From the IMG/VR virus record IMGVR_UViG_3300042317_001798, positions 1 through 64,000 of that record: 64,000 nt of DNA, one strand, 5' to 3'. Position 1 is the first letter of the stretch; the number at the start of each line of letters is the position of its first letter. Made by a program: the position numbers and the translations under genes. A model generated the notes under the pieces. The model was not told where the DNA came from and made no database searches. It was given only the letters and a program-made list of their open reading frames with translations. This document shows positions 28,111-37,065 of the stretch, piece by piece. The stretch is from an uncultured virus (IMG/VR IMGVR_UViG_3300042317_001798) (Duplodnaviria; Heunggongvirae; Uroviricota; Caudoviricetes).

Positions 28111-29211
28111 ATGATTCCTGGAATAGTTGAGGCAGGTGGGGGCAGAATCCTCCCAACAACGTCTGACGATTTTAATCGCGCAAACAGCACAGACATTACT
28201 GCTGCTGGAAAAAAATGGACAGAGACAAGTGGTGACTGGGCAATCACCAGTAACCAACTGACCACCTCAACCGCCGCAGCTAGCTACCCGATAGCCACAT
28301 TGCGAACTAATACAAAAAACGCAACAGTTAAAGTTGACAGAGCAAACGGGGATGGATGGGGTGCTGCATTCTGGGTGGTGGACCAAAACAACTGGTTTGC
28401 CGCCAACACGGAGATGACGCAATCAAGTGTTCAAAACCCTGCTACTAGCGGCAGCTATGAACAGCAAACATTTACCGGAAACACGTGTAGCGGTGGGAAA
28501 ATATATAACGGCGACAGTTCGTTCCCCCCGTTTGGTGGAACTTGCTACGACGTAGTTTGTATTAGTTACTCTGGGGGAACACCTGCAACGTATGAATATC
28601 GAACACCATCAGGACTGTCTTGCTATCAGGATGGAATCCATTGTGGTGGTGGTTATGTTCTCTATGGCTATCAAGCCGGAGACGAATACCTCTGCGGTGG
28701 AACGTGTTGCTGCTCACTCGTAATGACAGACCCAGGAACGCCAGGGACATGCAATGAATATCAAATTCAAAACTGTTGTATATATCTTGATGCAACTGAC
28801 CCTGGTTGCCCTGGTGCCTGCAATGGACAAAGCCCAAGACCGCAGTACACGACCACGACGGTATACTACACAAATCCTGAAACAAGAACCTGGACATACT
28901 CGCAAAAAGCAATAATAAGAAAAGCCGTTGCTGGAACGGTTTCGATTGTTGCAAATACGAACACAGTCACATCTACCGAGACGGTTGCCGCGGCTGGGGC
29001 TGCTGGTAACCCAACAAGACCAACTTCACTAACCGTAACACTAGTCGGTGAAAGTATATCAATTTCAGCACCAGGGGCAGCAGGCGGAACAATAACAGGA
29101 AGCCATACCGCAACGGGGGCCAATAGAGGCAAAAAACATGGCGTTTCTATTGCTCCAGCGACAGTCTCTCAGTCAAATGCTGTCGACAACTTTGTGTATA
29201 CTAAACCGTAA
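28111..29211 (+). CDS. Putative fibre-tip protein with 14-Cys insertion
   Basis: MIPGIVEAGGG start; beta-rich Thr/Ser flanks with a central Cys/Gly/Tyr-rich segment. Confidence 0.65.
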   Translation: MIPGIVEAGGGRILPTTSDDFNRANSTDITAAGKKWTETSGDWAITSNQLTTSTAAASYPIATLRTNTKNATVKVDRANGDGWGAAFWVVDQNNWFAANTEMTQSSVQNPATSGSYEQQTFTGNTCSGGKIYNGDSSFPPFGGTCYDVVCISYSGGTPATYEYRTPSGLSCYQDGIHCGGGYVLYGYQAGDEYLCGGTCCCSLVMTDPGTPGTCNEYQIQNCCIYLDATDPGCPGACNGQSPRPQYTTTTVYYTNPETRTWTYSQKAIIRKAVAGTVSIVANTNTVTSTETVAAAGAAGNPTRPTSLTVTLVGESISISAPGAAGGTITGSHTATGANRGKKHGVSIAPATVSQSNAVDNFVYTKP

Positions 29212-29369
29212 TGAGCGACACAGCAGTTAATTACGGGGAAGAGCGATTGAAGATATGCTTGGGGTGCCCGCGTTTATTCAGGCCGACAATGACCTGTAAG
29301 GAATGTGGTTGCTTCATGAAAGTAAAAACGAGACTTAAAACGGCAAAGTGCCCAATAGGAAAGTGGTAA
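29211..29369 (+). CDS. Small CxxC protein (DUF6171-like), absent from the ORF track
   Basis: MSDTAVNYGEERLKICLGCPRLFRPTMTCKECGCFMKVKTRLKTAKCPIGKW; TAATG overlap with the upstream gene; paralogue of 53024-53251. Confidence 0.85.
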   Translation: MSDTAVNYGEERLKICLGCPRLFRPTMTCKECGCFMKVKTRLKTAKCPIGKW

Positions 29370-29373
29370 AAAC

Positions 29374-29706
29374 ATGGCTTTTACAATAATCACAACAACA
29401 AATGGTCCAGTGGTTAAGAGTGGTACGAATCACTACACGCTCCACGATATTGCTGCATGTATTGATATTGCTGAAACAAACGCAACTTTTGTTGACGAAA
29501 TGGGCACTCACATTGCCAATGAGTTGATGGCCGCAGCCACGGAATGGACGGAAGCATTTGTCGGCGGACTGCAACCATCACAGAACAAAGTTGTTTACTA
29601 CATGAACTCTGGGGCGCATTTCAAAATGTTTGTCCAGCAGTATGATATGTACAAGCGGAACATGGAAAATCCACCGCCTGCGAGCGCCTCGGTTGTCGTT
29701 GAGTAA
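29374..29706 (+). CDS. Hypothetical protein
   Basis: 110-aa ORF filling the gap between the CxxC gene and the oxygenase. Confidence 0.65.
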   Translation: MAFTIITTTNGPVVKSGTNHYTLHDIAACIDIAETNATFVDEMGTHIANELMAAATEWTEAFVGGLQPSQNKVVYYMNSGAHFKMFVQQYDMYKRNMENPPPASASVVVE

Positions 29707-30754
29707 AGCAGTCCAATTTCCTCCATTTTTTGGGAGCACGCCAAAAATTGGTAAATCAGAAGTACTAGAAATTGATTCAATTAATGACGTTCATCTTGGC
29801 GGCGGTGTTGTCTGTTTCAGAAATGCATTTAATCCGAACAAAGAACTCATTATGCCATGGGCTGACAGAAATGCACAGCTGGCGCATGAGCAAAGATGGA
29901 AATATCACACCGACAGCTCCGGTCAGAAATATGCGGTAAACGAGGACGGCAATAAATTCTCAATTGAACAGATAGAGGAAGTTCCAATTCGTGTTCTTCA
30001 GCCGGTACAGCAAGGCACCGAGCCGGAAGTTGTTGAGATATTCCAGAACTGGGAAGACCAAATTTATAAGTGCTTAATTAAGTACATTCACAGATTCCCA
30101 TTTGCTCTCGGAACAATATGGTGGAGGAGCAGGGGGCACCTTCTGCGATACGACGAGGGTGATTATTTGGGAATCCATAACGATAATGACTCAAACTATA
30201 GGGCCACAAACGGTGAAAGATTTGTCCCCAAGGGGCAGGTGCAGATGCGTCAAGTTGTTGCCGTAATGGCATACATCAATGACTGCGTATCGAGCACATC
30301 CGAATTGGATGGAACAAACTACATAGGCGGGGAGTTGTTTTTTCCATACCTTGATATTGAGCACCAAGCAAAATCCGGAGATATAGTAATTTTTCCTTGC
30401 AACTTTATGGCCACCCATGGCGTCCACACTGTTACGCATGGGAAACGATACGGGTATCTAGAGTTCTTTTCACAAGGTTCATCACATGATGACGTCTTAA
30501 TAAATGTGTCGGAGCCAGATGCTGTTGATGACTGGTGTCGTCCGCATTGGATTGACTCCCTGTATGACGATTACTCCCTCTATGCAAAACACTCAGATTA
30601 CGGTCAATCGGATTTTGATGAAGCAAGAACAAATCCTGTTTATCAGAATCGGGCGCTTGAGGGGGAAAACGGTTTATCTCGGCCGTATTACGCGAGCGAT
30701 GTAATAAAAGAAACAGAAAACAGGGGTAAAGTTTACCCCGACCAACTTATATAA
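29699..30754 (+). CDS. 2OG-Fe(II) oxygenase (prolyl-hydroxylase-like)
   Basis: HND...YIND...GGELFF...HGV...GKRY; start uncertain (TTG 29699 proposed; track gives 29630). Confidence 0.85.
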   Translation: MSKAVQFPPFFGSTPKIGKSEVLEIDSINDVHLGGGVVCFRNAFNPNKELIMPWADRNAQLAHEQRWKYHTDSSGQKYAVNEDGNKFSIEQIEEVPIRVLQPVQQGTEPEVVEIFQNWEDQIYKCLIKYIHRFPFALGTIWWRSRGHLLRYDEGDYLGIHNDNDSNYRATNGERFVPKGQVQMRQVVAVMAYINDCVSSTSELDGTNYIGGELFFPYLDIEHQAKSGDIVIFPCNFMATHGVHTVTHGKRYGYLEFFSQGSSHDDVLINVSEPDAVDDWCRPHWIDSLYDDYSLYAKHSDYGQSDFDEARTNPVYQNRALEGENGLSRPYYASDVIKETENRGKVYPDQLI

Positions 30755-30775
30755 GCAGTCCCTGAAGCACCATAT

Positions 30776-31606
30776 TCATCTCGGTTCCTGCCAAGATGGA
30801 TAGTCACCTCTTGGCTTATCAAGTGAATTGTTCATTGTTAAGTGTTTTCCAAAAGTATTGATTCCATGTATGAATCCCAAATGCTCTGGAAATTTTAAAT
30901 CGATGCATATGTCTCTCAGTTTTCCGTCGCGAATCTGTTCCCAAATATAAACCATCGTTTCAGAGCCAGTTCTTCCATCCACGTAGAATTTTTCTGCTAT
31001 TAGGTTTAGCATTTCATCTTCCCATTTGGGATTTTTTGGTGTTATTTTGTCTTGAAACAGATGCTCTTTTGGCGGCGACATACTGCCAGACGCAATGAGC
31101 CGATTTACGTATTTTGCTGGAGCGGCAGATACGTGGACATCAAAAAGCCCGCCCGACAACAATGCCGCTGCTTCCCGTGCTGATGGTCCTGAAAGAATCA
31201 TGAGTCGATGCTTTTTATCAGTTAAAGCTTCATCTTCAATGGGGTACCCCCTAATTGCTCCCTCACAGTAGTTATCTGTTAGGCCAGAAACGATGGTCCT
31301 CCACTGGTGTTCTTCCTCGTCTCCATTCAAAGAATTTAAGTCAATATACAAACCTTTGTATTTGTTTATTAATACATTTCTTGGTGTTTCCATGGCTGCA
31401 TCATTTGTGCCTATGCAGATAATCGCCCCACACTCATCAGCAAGCTTCTCCAAAGTGAATAAATTATTTATTCCGCAATCCGATGCTCTGTGTATAGTCT
31501 CCATTGACCTATCCATCGATGCGAAAAATACAGAATGTCCTGCTAATTGCAATGACTTTGCGATTGTTGCACCCATTTTCCCGGGAGAATTAATTCCAAT
31601 TTTCAT
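30776..31606 (-). CDS. NAD(P)-binding dehydrogenase/reductase-like protein (6PGD/HIBADH N-terminal fold)
   Basis: MKIGINSPGKMGATIA Rossmann start; YIDLNS and EGAIRG motifs. Confidence 0.7.
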   Translation of the reverse strand: MKIGINSPGKMGATIAKSLQLAGHSVFFASMDRSMETIHRASDCGINNLFTLEKLADECGAIICIGTNDAAMETPRNVLINKYKGLYIDLNSLNGDEEEHQWRTIVSGLTDNYCEGAIRGYPIEDEALTDKKHRLMILSGPSAREAAALLSGGLFDVHVSAAPAKYVNRLIASGSMSPPKEHLFQDKITPKNPKWEDEMLNLIAEKFYVDGRTGSETMVYIWEQIRDGKLRDICIDLKFPEHLGFIHGINTFGKHLTMNNSLDKPRGDYPSWQEPR

Positions 31607-31615
31607 TGATACGCC

Positions 31616-32392
31616 TCACTTTATTGGACCAACAGGAACAAACTGTTGGACCGAATTTGCTGAATGACTAGTAATAAAATCAAGATGATACGAAAAGTTC
31701 TGCAATTCTTGTCTTTTATGTTCTGCCGGTGGGCTTATATCGAGAACGCCGTGGCAGAACCAGGAAAGATAAGCAAATCTCTCTCCCGTTTCTATTGGTG
31801 TTATCTCATGGCAACCAGAAAAGTTAGAAGGGTACACAACGATTGAACCAAACTTGGGGAATACGGTTATGCCCCATGGGCGGAAACTTAGATTTCCACC
31901 TGTGTATTTATCGTTTAGGAAAATGCTACACGTAAGAGTATTTGCTATTGGTGCCAATGAGATTGGAGTCAAACCATCATCTGCGTATGGGAGATTTGCG
32001 TCGGAATGTGGTCCTATCATTTGTCCCGGAAGATACCTAATTACATGACCCCTGGTCCGCCATTTTACGGCACCTGCGGCAGATGGGAATATCTCCAAGT
32101 ACTTACTGACACAGTTGGTTCCGGAGTCCTCCAAATCGCTCAAGGTTTGAAAATCTTTTTTTTCTATTCCCAAATGATTTACATTTAAGTATCTATGTGG
32201 GGCAATCTTTGCTTGTTCTAAATTGTGGTTATACCCACCAGAATTTTTTAAATTCTCATTACCCAAATTTGAGTAACCCTCATGGTTGGTGGACAGGAGG
32301 AGGTTTTCAAGATACTTATCGACATCTTGTTGTGTTGACTTTATTGCATTGTCAAACTGAACAATTCCATTTCCTAGATGCGTTATGTTCAT
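31616..32392 (-). CDS. 2OG-Fe(II) oxygenase
   Basis: HSD...FLNDKYTGGNL...HEI...GERF. Confidence 0.88.
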   Translation of the reverse strand: MNITHLGNGIVQFDNAIKSTQQDVDKYLENLLLSTNHEGYSNLGNENLKNSGGYNHNLEQAKIAPHRYLNVNHLGIEKKDFQTLSDLEDSGTNCVSKYLEIFPSAAGAVKWRTRGHVIRYLPGQMIGPHSDANLPYADDGLTPISLAPIANTLTCSIFLNDKYTGGNLSFRPWGITVFPKFGSIVVYPSNFSGCHEITPIETGERFAYLSWFCHGVLDISPPAEHKRQELQNFSYHLDFITSHSANSVQQFVPVGPIK

Positions 32393-33300
32393 TAAAAACC
32401 GTCCGAAACCAGAGACATGGCATAGAAGTGTTTATCTGGCCCACAATTTTGTATGTATTCTCTAAAGTCTTTGCGCAAGTTGGGTAGGTAAACGTTTGTA
32501 GAAACCTTTGCAATTTCTGGTTCCTTAACAGGGTCTGCGATGTGCTCGTGATATTCGCTATTTGGGCTTCCGTGTGAATACCAACCCAAATATGAATATC
32601 TCTCCCCCCTGGAAACTGGAAGCACTTCATGTGATGCTATGTAATTTGATGGGAACATTAGTATGTCCCCCTTTCGTGGTTTGTAATTTATATTTAGTTC
32701 GTTAAAGAAATGGTGTCCTCCAGCAAATGAATTTACAGCATCATCGCCAGATTCATCGCAATCGTTAATGTAGACAATGCAGGATAGTGTATTTCTTGTT
32801 GCTAGCTGGTCGGATGGGTGTTCGTATCCATAGACGTAGTCGGCGCTTGTGTCTGAATGGACGCCAAGGTATTGGCGATTACCCACAACTCCAGATGGTG
32901 GAGATGAATACCTAACGATATGCCCCTTAACCTTCCACCAAATATTTTTGTAAGAAAGGGGATATCTGAGCATGTATTTGAGCAAATACCTATCTTTCGA
33001 GTCCTCCCAAAACTCAAGCATTTCCCTAAACTTATCTGAACATTGCTGATGGGCGGACGAACACCTACTTGGCATCGATGCAAATGTGTCGTAATCAAAA
33101 ATGTAGCCGCTCATATTTACTAGCGCTTTTTCGCCAGTTTCGGGATGAATTGTTTCGGTGTACATAGCGGAGGCGTCTCTGTCGACAAGCTCCCTACAGG
33201 AATTAATAGCAAATTCCCAGTCAAAGTCGATAGCCGACGGAAACAGACAAACACCAGCACCAAGTTCCATCATTTCTACGTCATTAAACTTATTAACCAT
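32392..33300 (-). CDS. 2OG-Fe(II) oxygenase
   Basis: HSD...YIND...FPSNYIASHEV...GERY; start moved to ATG 33300. Confidence 0.88.
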   Translation of the reverse strand: MVNKFNDVEMMELGAGVCLFPSAIDFDWEFAINSCRELVDRDASAMYTETIHPETGEKALVNMSGYIFDYDTFASMPSRCSSAHQQCSDKFREMLEFWEDSKDRYLLKYMLRYPLSYKNIWWKVKGHIVRYSSPPSGVVGNRQYLGVHSDTSADYVYGYEHPSDQLATRNTLSCIVYINDCDESGDDAVNSFAGGHHFFNELNINYKPRKGDILMFPSNYIASHEVLPVSRGERYSYLGWYSHGSPNSEYHEHIADPVKEPEIAKVSTNVYLPNLRKDFREYIQNCGPDKHFYAMSLVSDGF

Positions 33301-34126
33301 GGTCATTGCTCCGAGACCTGTGCGCTGCTGCTCTTGCTGGTGGCATTCCGGAATACTTGCCGTTGATGTATTCATCATAGTCTTCAGTGATTGAGCTCAA
33401 CCAAACTTGTCCACCTGTGTCTGAAATCTCCAACTGTGGGTTTATCCCTTTTTCTTGAGATTCTGAGCCCTGGGCAAACCAGGCAAGGTACGTGAGTCTT
33501 TCTCCACTTGTGATAGTGGATATCTCATGGGCGGCTACGTAATTAGCCGGAAACAAAAGTATGTTTCCTTTTTGCGGTTTGATTGCAACGTCTGCATACG
33601 GAAATAACATTTCACCGCCACAAAACGCTCCTGGCGCTGGGGTTTCCGACCAGTCGTTAATGAAAACTATTGCACTCAGAACGTTTCTAGTTGCGTGTTC
33701 CTTGCTGGGCATTTTTCCATATCTGTAGTTCACATCATTATCCGAATGAAGCCCCAGTGAACCACCGGTTGAATAAGAGAGGATATGTCCAGAAGTTCTC
33801 CACCACAGGCAGCTAAGGATTGCTGGAAACATTTCAATGTACTGCAAAAGACAGGAATATATCGCTGGCTCAAATTCGTTGTATATTTCGCTACCCAACC
33901 CTTGTAGTCTGAGTGGAGCTTTTGCCATGTCCTGCAGGCTATAAATAAAACCGCCCTGATTTAGCGCGTGGATTGGATTTCCGTTTTCATCTAGGACAAC
34001 GGTAAAATTTTCTTCTATTGCCTTTTGCTTCAACTTCTCTATCTTGTCTGAAAATTTACTGAATTCGATGTTCGCAGCGGCCACAAACTCGATTATTCCA
34101 TGACCATGATTTATCACGGAGCTCAT
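33293..34126 (-). CDS. 2OG-Fe(II) oxygenase
   Basis: HSD...FIND...GGEMLF...HEI...GERL. Confidence 0.88.
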   Translation of the reverse strand: MSSVINHGHGIIEFVAAANIEFSKFSDKIEKLKQKAIEENFTVVLDENGNPIHALNQGGFIYSLQDMAKAPLRLQGLGSEIYNEFEPAIYSCLLQYIEMFPAILSCLWWRTSGHILSYSTGGSLGLHSDNDVNYRYGKMPSKEHATRNVLSAIVFINDWSETPAPGAFCGGEMLFPYADVAIKPQKGNILLFPANYVAAHEISTITSGERLTYLAWFAQGSESQEKGINPQLEISDTGGQVWLSSITEDYDEYINGKYSGMPPARAAAHRSRSNDHG

Positions 34127-34737
34127 AGCAGGGACCTTATGGCTTGTTTTATTGAATTATCCTCCCCGAATAAAGCCTGCTCCGATATCGGTGATTCCGC
34201 CCAATTAAATCGACCAACATAAACGCCTTCTCGTGATGTTAAGAATTTTTCCCAATTGTTCGGAACCCTCATTGCAACTTCCCCCGCTCTATTTCTTCCA
34301 GCAGCCGCAGCGGCACTCAAGTCGGCCATGCTGTCGTTAAAATTTCTTATTAGCTCTCCATTTAGGAATGAGTAAACGTCATGCCTATTTTGCCCGTTAA
34401 CGTCTATTTTTTCTGCTATCGGAAATGTAACGTAGGGATAATTTTTTTTTATATTTTCAAAAATTTCCAAATTGTCGCCATTCTCCATGTTCCCAAATTG
34501 GTTGCATGGGTAACCGACGACGCTAAAACCGCTATCACAAAATTCTTCATGAAGTTTTTGCAATTCCCAAAAATTTTTAGCTGTTCTTGCATAAGACCAT
34601 AGACGACTGCACTTTGGCGAGTATCCGGTCTTTGATACAACGTTTACATGGAGGAGCACTTTACCCCTTAACTGTCCAAGCAAATTTGGACAGCCATCCA
34701 AAGAGCTTATTTCTATATCAAAAATCGATTTACTCAT
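34123..34737 (-). CDS. Glutathione-peroxidase-fold protein (non-canonical active site)
   Basis: GKVLLHVNVVSKTG, GYPCNQFG, EKIDVNG and NNWEKFL; start moved to ATG 34737. Confidence 0.85.
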   Translation of the reverse strand: MSKSIFDIEISSLDGCPNLLGQLRGKVLLHVNVVSKTGYSPKCSRLWSYARTAKNFWELQKLHEEFCDSGFSVVGYPCNQFGNMENGDNLEIFENIKKNYPYVTFPIAEKIDVNGQNRHDVYSFLNGELIRNFNDSMADLSAAAAAGRNRAGEVAMRVPNNWEKFLTSREGVYVGRFNWAESPISEQALFGEDNSIKQAIRSLL

Positions 34738-35029
34738 CCTCTGACACCGTACATGAGATTTTGGTATTAAGAAATTCACCTATTCTTAGAAAACCGCTTC
34801 CAGATTCCGTATCAATATCGATTTGTACCGTCGTAATAATTGGTGCCTCTAGTTCAAATCTGCTACTTATACTCTTTCCGTTATTGCCGATGACCACATT
34901 TTCTCCAGGCACCACGTGGGTTCCCCTGCTATGGTTGATTGCAATTGAGCCATCTTCGGAAAGAGTTAATCTGCAAACTTCTTCCCCAAATGGTGTATCA
35001 ACGGAGATATCCCAAGACCCCAAAATCAT
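34730..35029 (-). CDS. Small beta-rich hypothetical protein
   Basis: GSWDISVDTPFG start; packed within the operon. Confidence 0.65.
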   Translation of the reverse strand: MILGSWDISVDTPFGEEVCRLTLSEDGSIAINHSRGTHVVPGENVVIGNNGKSISSRFELEAPIITTVQIDIDTESGSGFLRIGEFLNTKISCTVSEDE

Positions 35030-35036
35030 GGCATCG

Positions 35037-35651
35037 TTACTGTGAATTGCGGCCTCTTGCCCAAGGACTCATGTCCGGGTATACCGTTGTATTTGGAATT
35101 CTTGGGTGGAGGTTAAAGCTTACGCAAACTCTAGGTTTGTCTTCATTGTGTCTTTCTGTCTGATGGGGAACAAATGAGTTGAAAAATACAATCTTCCCTG
35201 TTTCTGGTTCTATTTTTGTAACCATGTTGTATGCGTTCATGGCTTCTCCGTAAAGGCAAAGTCGGCATCCTGGACCAACAGCATCGATGTAAATAACACC
35301 AGACCAGTACTCGCTTGGAAAAAGATGCGCATTCGAACTATGTCTATGGTAAGGAGTTGATTGTCCTTTTTCTAAAATTCCACACCATATGTCTGCAAGG
35401 ACAACGTCGCCAAGTACTTCGTTGGCCCTATGCTCAATCATGTCACGCAAACCCTGACACTCTTTTGTGTTTGGCAGAACGTAATCAACCCCACTCTGCA
35501 CGTCAACAAATTCTTTTGCATCTGGGAAATCTGGATGTATTCTAGATTCCAAAATTTGAGACGCTATTACCGAATAATCAATTCCTTTAATGAATGATTC
35601 ATGGGCTCTGATTGGAACTAACCAAATCCAGCCATTGTTATTCATGCGCAA
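35037..35651 (-). CDS. Putative 2OG-Fe(II) oxygenase (TIGR02466-like)
   Basis: HRH...WSGVIYI...PETGKIVFFNSFVPH...RVCVSFN. Confidence 0.82.
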   Translation of the reverse strand: MRMNNNGWIWLVPIRAHESFIKGIDYSVIASQILESRIHPDFPDAKEFVDVQSGVDYVLPNTKECQGLRDMIEHRANEVLGDVVLADIWCGILEKGQSTPYHRHSSNAHLFPSEYWSGVIYIDAVGPGCRLCLYGEAMNAYNMVTKIEPETGKIVFFNSFVPHQTERHNEDKPRVCVSFNLHPRIPNTTVYPDMSPWARGRNSQ

Positions 35652-36309
35652 AATCTCCTGTTGCTAGCCCCATTGGGGGAACATCTTTTGTCCATACATT
35701 AATGACCATTACTTGCCTTAGTCTAGACCCTGCTGGTGTCGTGTTATGTACCACATGGCCGGAATCAAATACTACGAGCCTGTTCCCCTTGTACCTAATC
35801 CTCTCTCTTTCATTTGGTGGAGAAGACGCGTATGCGGCAAGTACAGATGGCTCCAAGGCCAACGTTGAGCCATCCTCCAACCTTGAGTTGTGGATTTCGA
35901 GAAAGCCACCGTCATCATTATCGCATCCATACCAAACACAGCCAATCCGCGGTCCGTAAAACGTACCTGTCAACAGATATGCAAATGTATCCTCATCTAC
36001 ATGCTCCCCTATGAACTGACCTGGTTCGAATGTCCTGGTCCAGTATTCGAAACCAATGACCTCTTCAATCGGAAAAGGTAATCTCTTTTTCCAGATTTCT
36101 TTTATAACTAAATGCTTGAGGCTTCTTGGTTGGCTTTTCCCCCATCCATCCCAAAACATATAGGACGATAGCTCCTTGGAATCCCCGTGATACGAGTTGA
36201 GACTTGTCGCTATTTGTTGACCATCTTCATATTTCGACGCGAAAAAAGTTTCATCGCGCAAGACTTGTTCGTACAATTCTGCCGGAACGCAGTTATCTTC
36301 AACGAACAT
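35638..36309 (-). CDS. 2OG-Fe(II) oxygenase
   Basis: FEYWTR...HVDED...NRLVVFDSGHVVH...RQVMVINVW. Confidence 0.8.
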   Translation of the reverse strand: MFVEDNCVPAELYEQVLRDETFFASKYEDGQQIATSLNSYHGDSKELSSYMFWDGWGKSQPRSLKHLVIKEIWKKRLPFPIEEVIGFEYWTRTFEPGQFIGEHVDEDTFAYLLTGTFYGPRIGCVWYGCDNDDGGFLEIHNSRLEDGSTLALEPSVLAAYASSPPNERERIRYKGNRLVVFDSGHVVHNTTPAGSRLRQVMVINVWTKDVPPMGLATGDFAHE

Positions 36310-36312
36310 AAT

Positions 36313-37029
36313 TTATAAAAACTTTTCATTCGGAAATTTACTTCTGAGGTAAGCAAGGTCAAAGTCGAACATCAAAACAAGACGTCTTGATGTACCATCA
36401 TGTCTTACCGAGTGCTCAAACGGCGGGCCATCCTTGAAAGCAAGAATCTTGCCTTCTTCCCAACTTTTTGTTTCGTCGCCTACGGTTATTCTACAGTCCT
36501 TATCGTTTATTAGGCACAGGTGACTTCTCATTAGTTGGTCAGAACCAAAATGCGGATTTACTACCGCCCCAGGATGCATTATGCTGAACATTCCGCCAGA
36601 ACATTGGTTGCTGTCAGCGAACTCAGCAACTATCGAGTTAAACGTTTTGAATTGTTTCCTAACGTGCTCTAGGTGTGTTTCTAGATTGGCTTTTGTTTTC
36701 CACCTCAGTATTTTTTTTACCATTTCCGTATTTGCCCACTGCTTGGGGTCACTTGCTGGTGGAGTTCCGGCAACCGCTACGTCCCAGGAGCCTGTATAAA
36801 GCTTTCGCCTATCCCCTTCCGGCAAGTCTGATTGTGGATTTTCGTACCTTGCGTGAGAGAGGGTAACATTTGGGGCAGGCAGAGAAACCTTGTTATCGGA
36901 GTATGGGTGTTGAGTGTTTTCGTAAACGATGTACTCGTCACGTATCTTTTCCCAGTTTTTCTCAATCTGCACACACACGGGCAAGGACCTGATTAATTCA
37001 TCCCAGAACCTTGGCTGCAAGTCACTCAT
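36313..37029 (-). CDS. Aspartyl/asparaginyl beta-hydroxylase family protein
   Basis: PHFG...RSHLCL...WEEGK...FEHSV...RLVLMFD. Confidence 0.85.
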   Translation of the reverse strand: MSDLQPRFWDELIRSLPVCVQIEKNWEKIRDEYIVYENTQHPYSDNKVSLPAPNVTLSHARYENPQSDLPEGDRRKLYTGSWDVAVAGTPPASDPKQWANTEMVKKILRWKTKANLETHLEHVRKQFKTFNSIVAEFADSNQCSGGMFSIMHPGAVVNPHFGSDQLMRSHLCLINDKDCRITVGDETKSWEEGKILAFKDGPPFEHSVRHDGTSRRLVLMFDFDLAYLRSKFPNEKFL

Positions 37030-37065
37030 TTTTTGATACTAACACGTTTCACGTGCTTAAAGATT

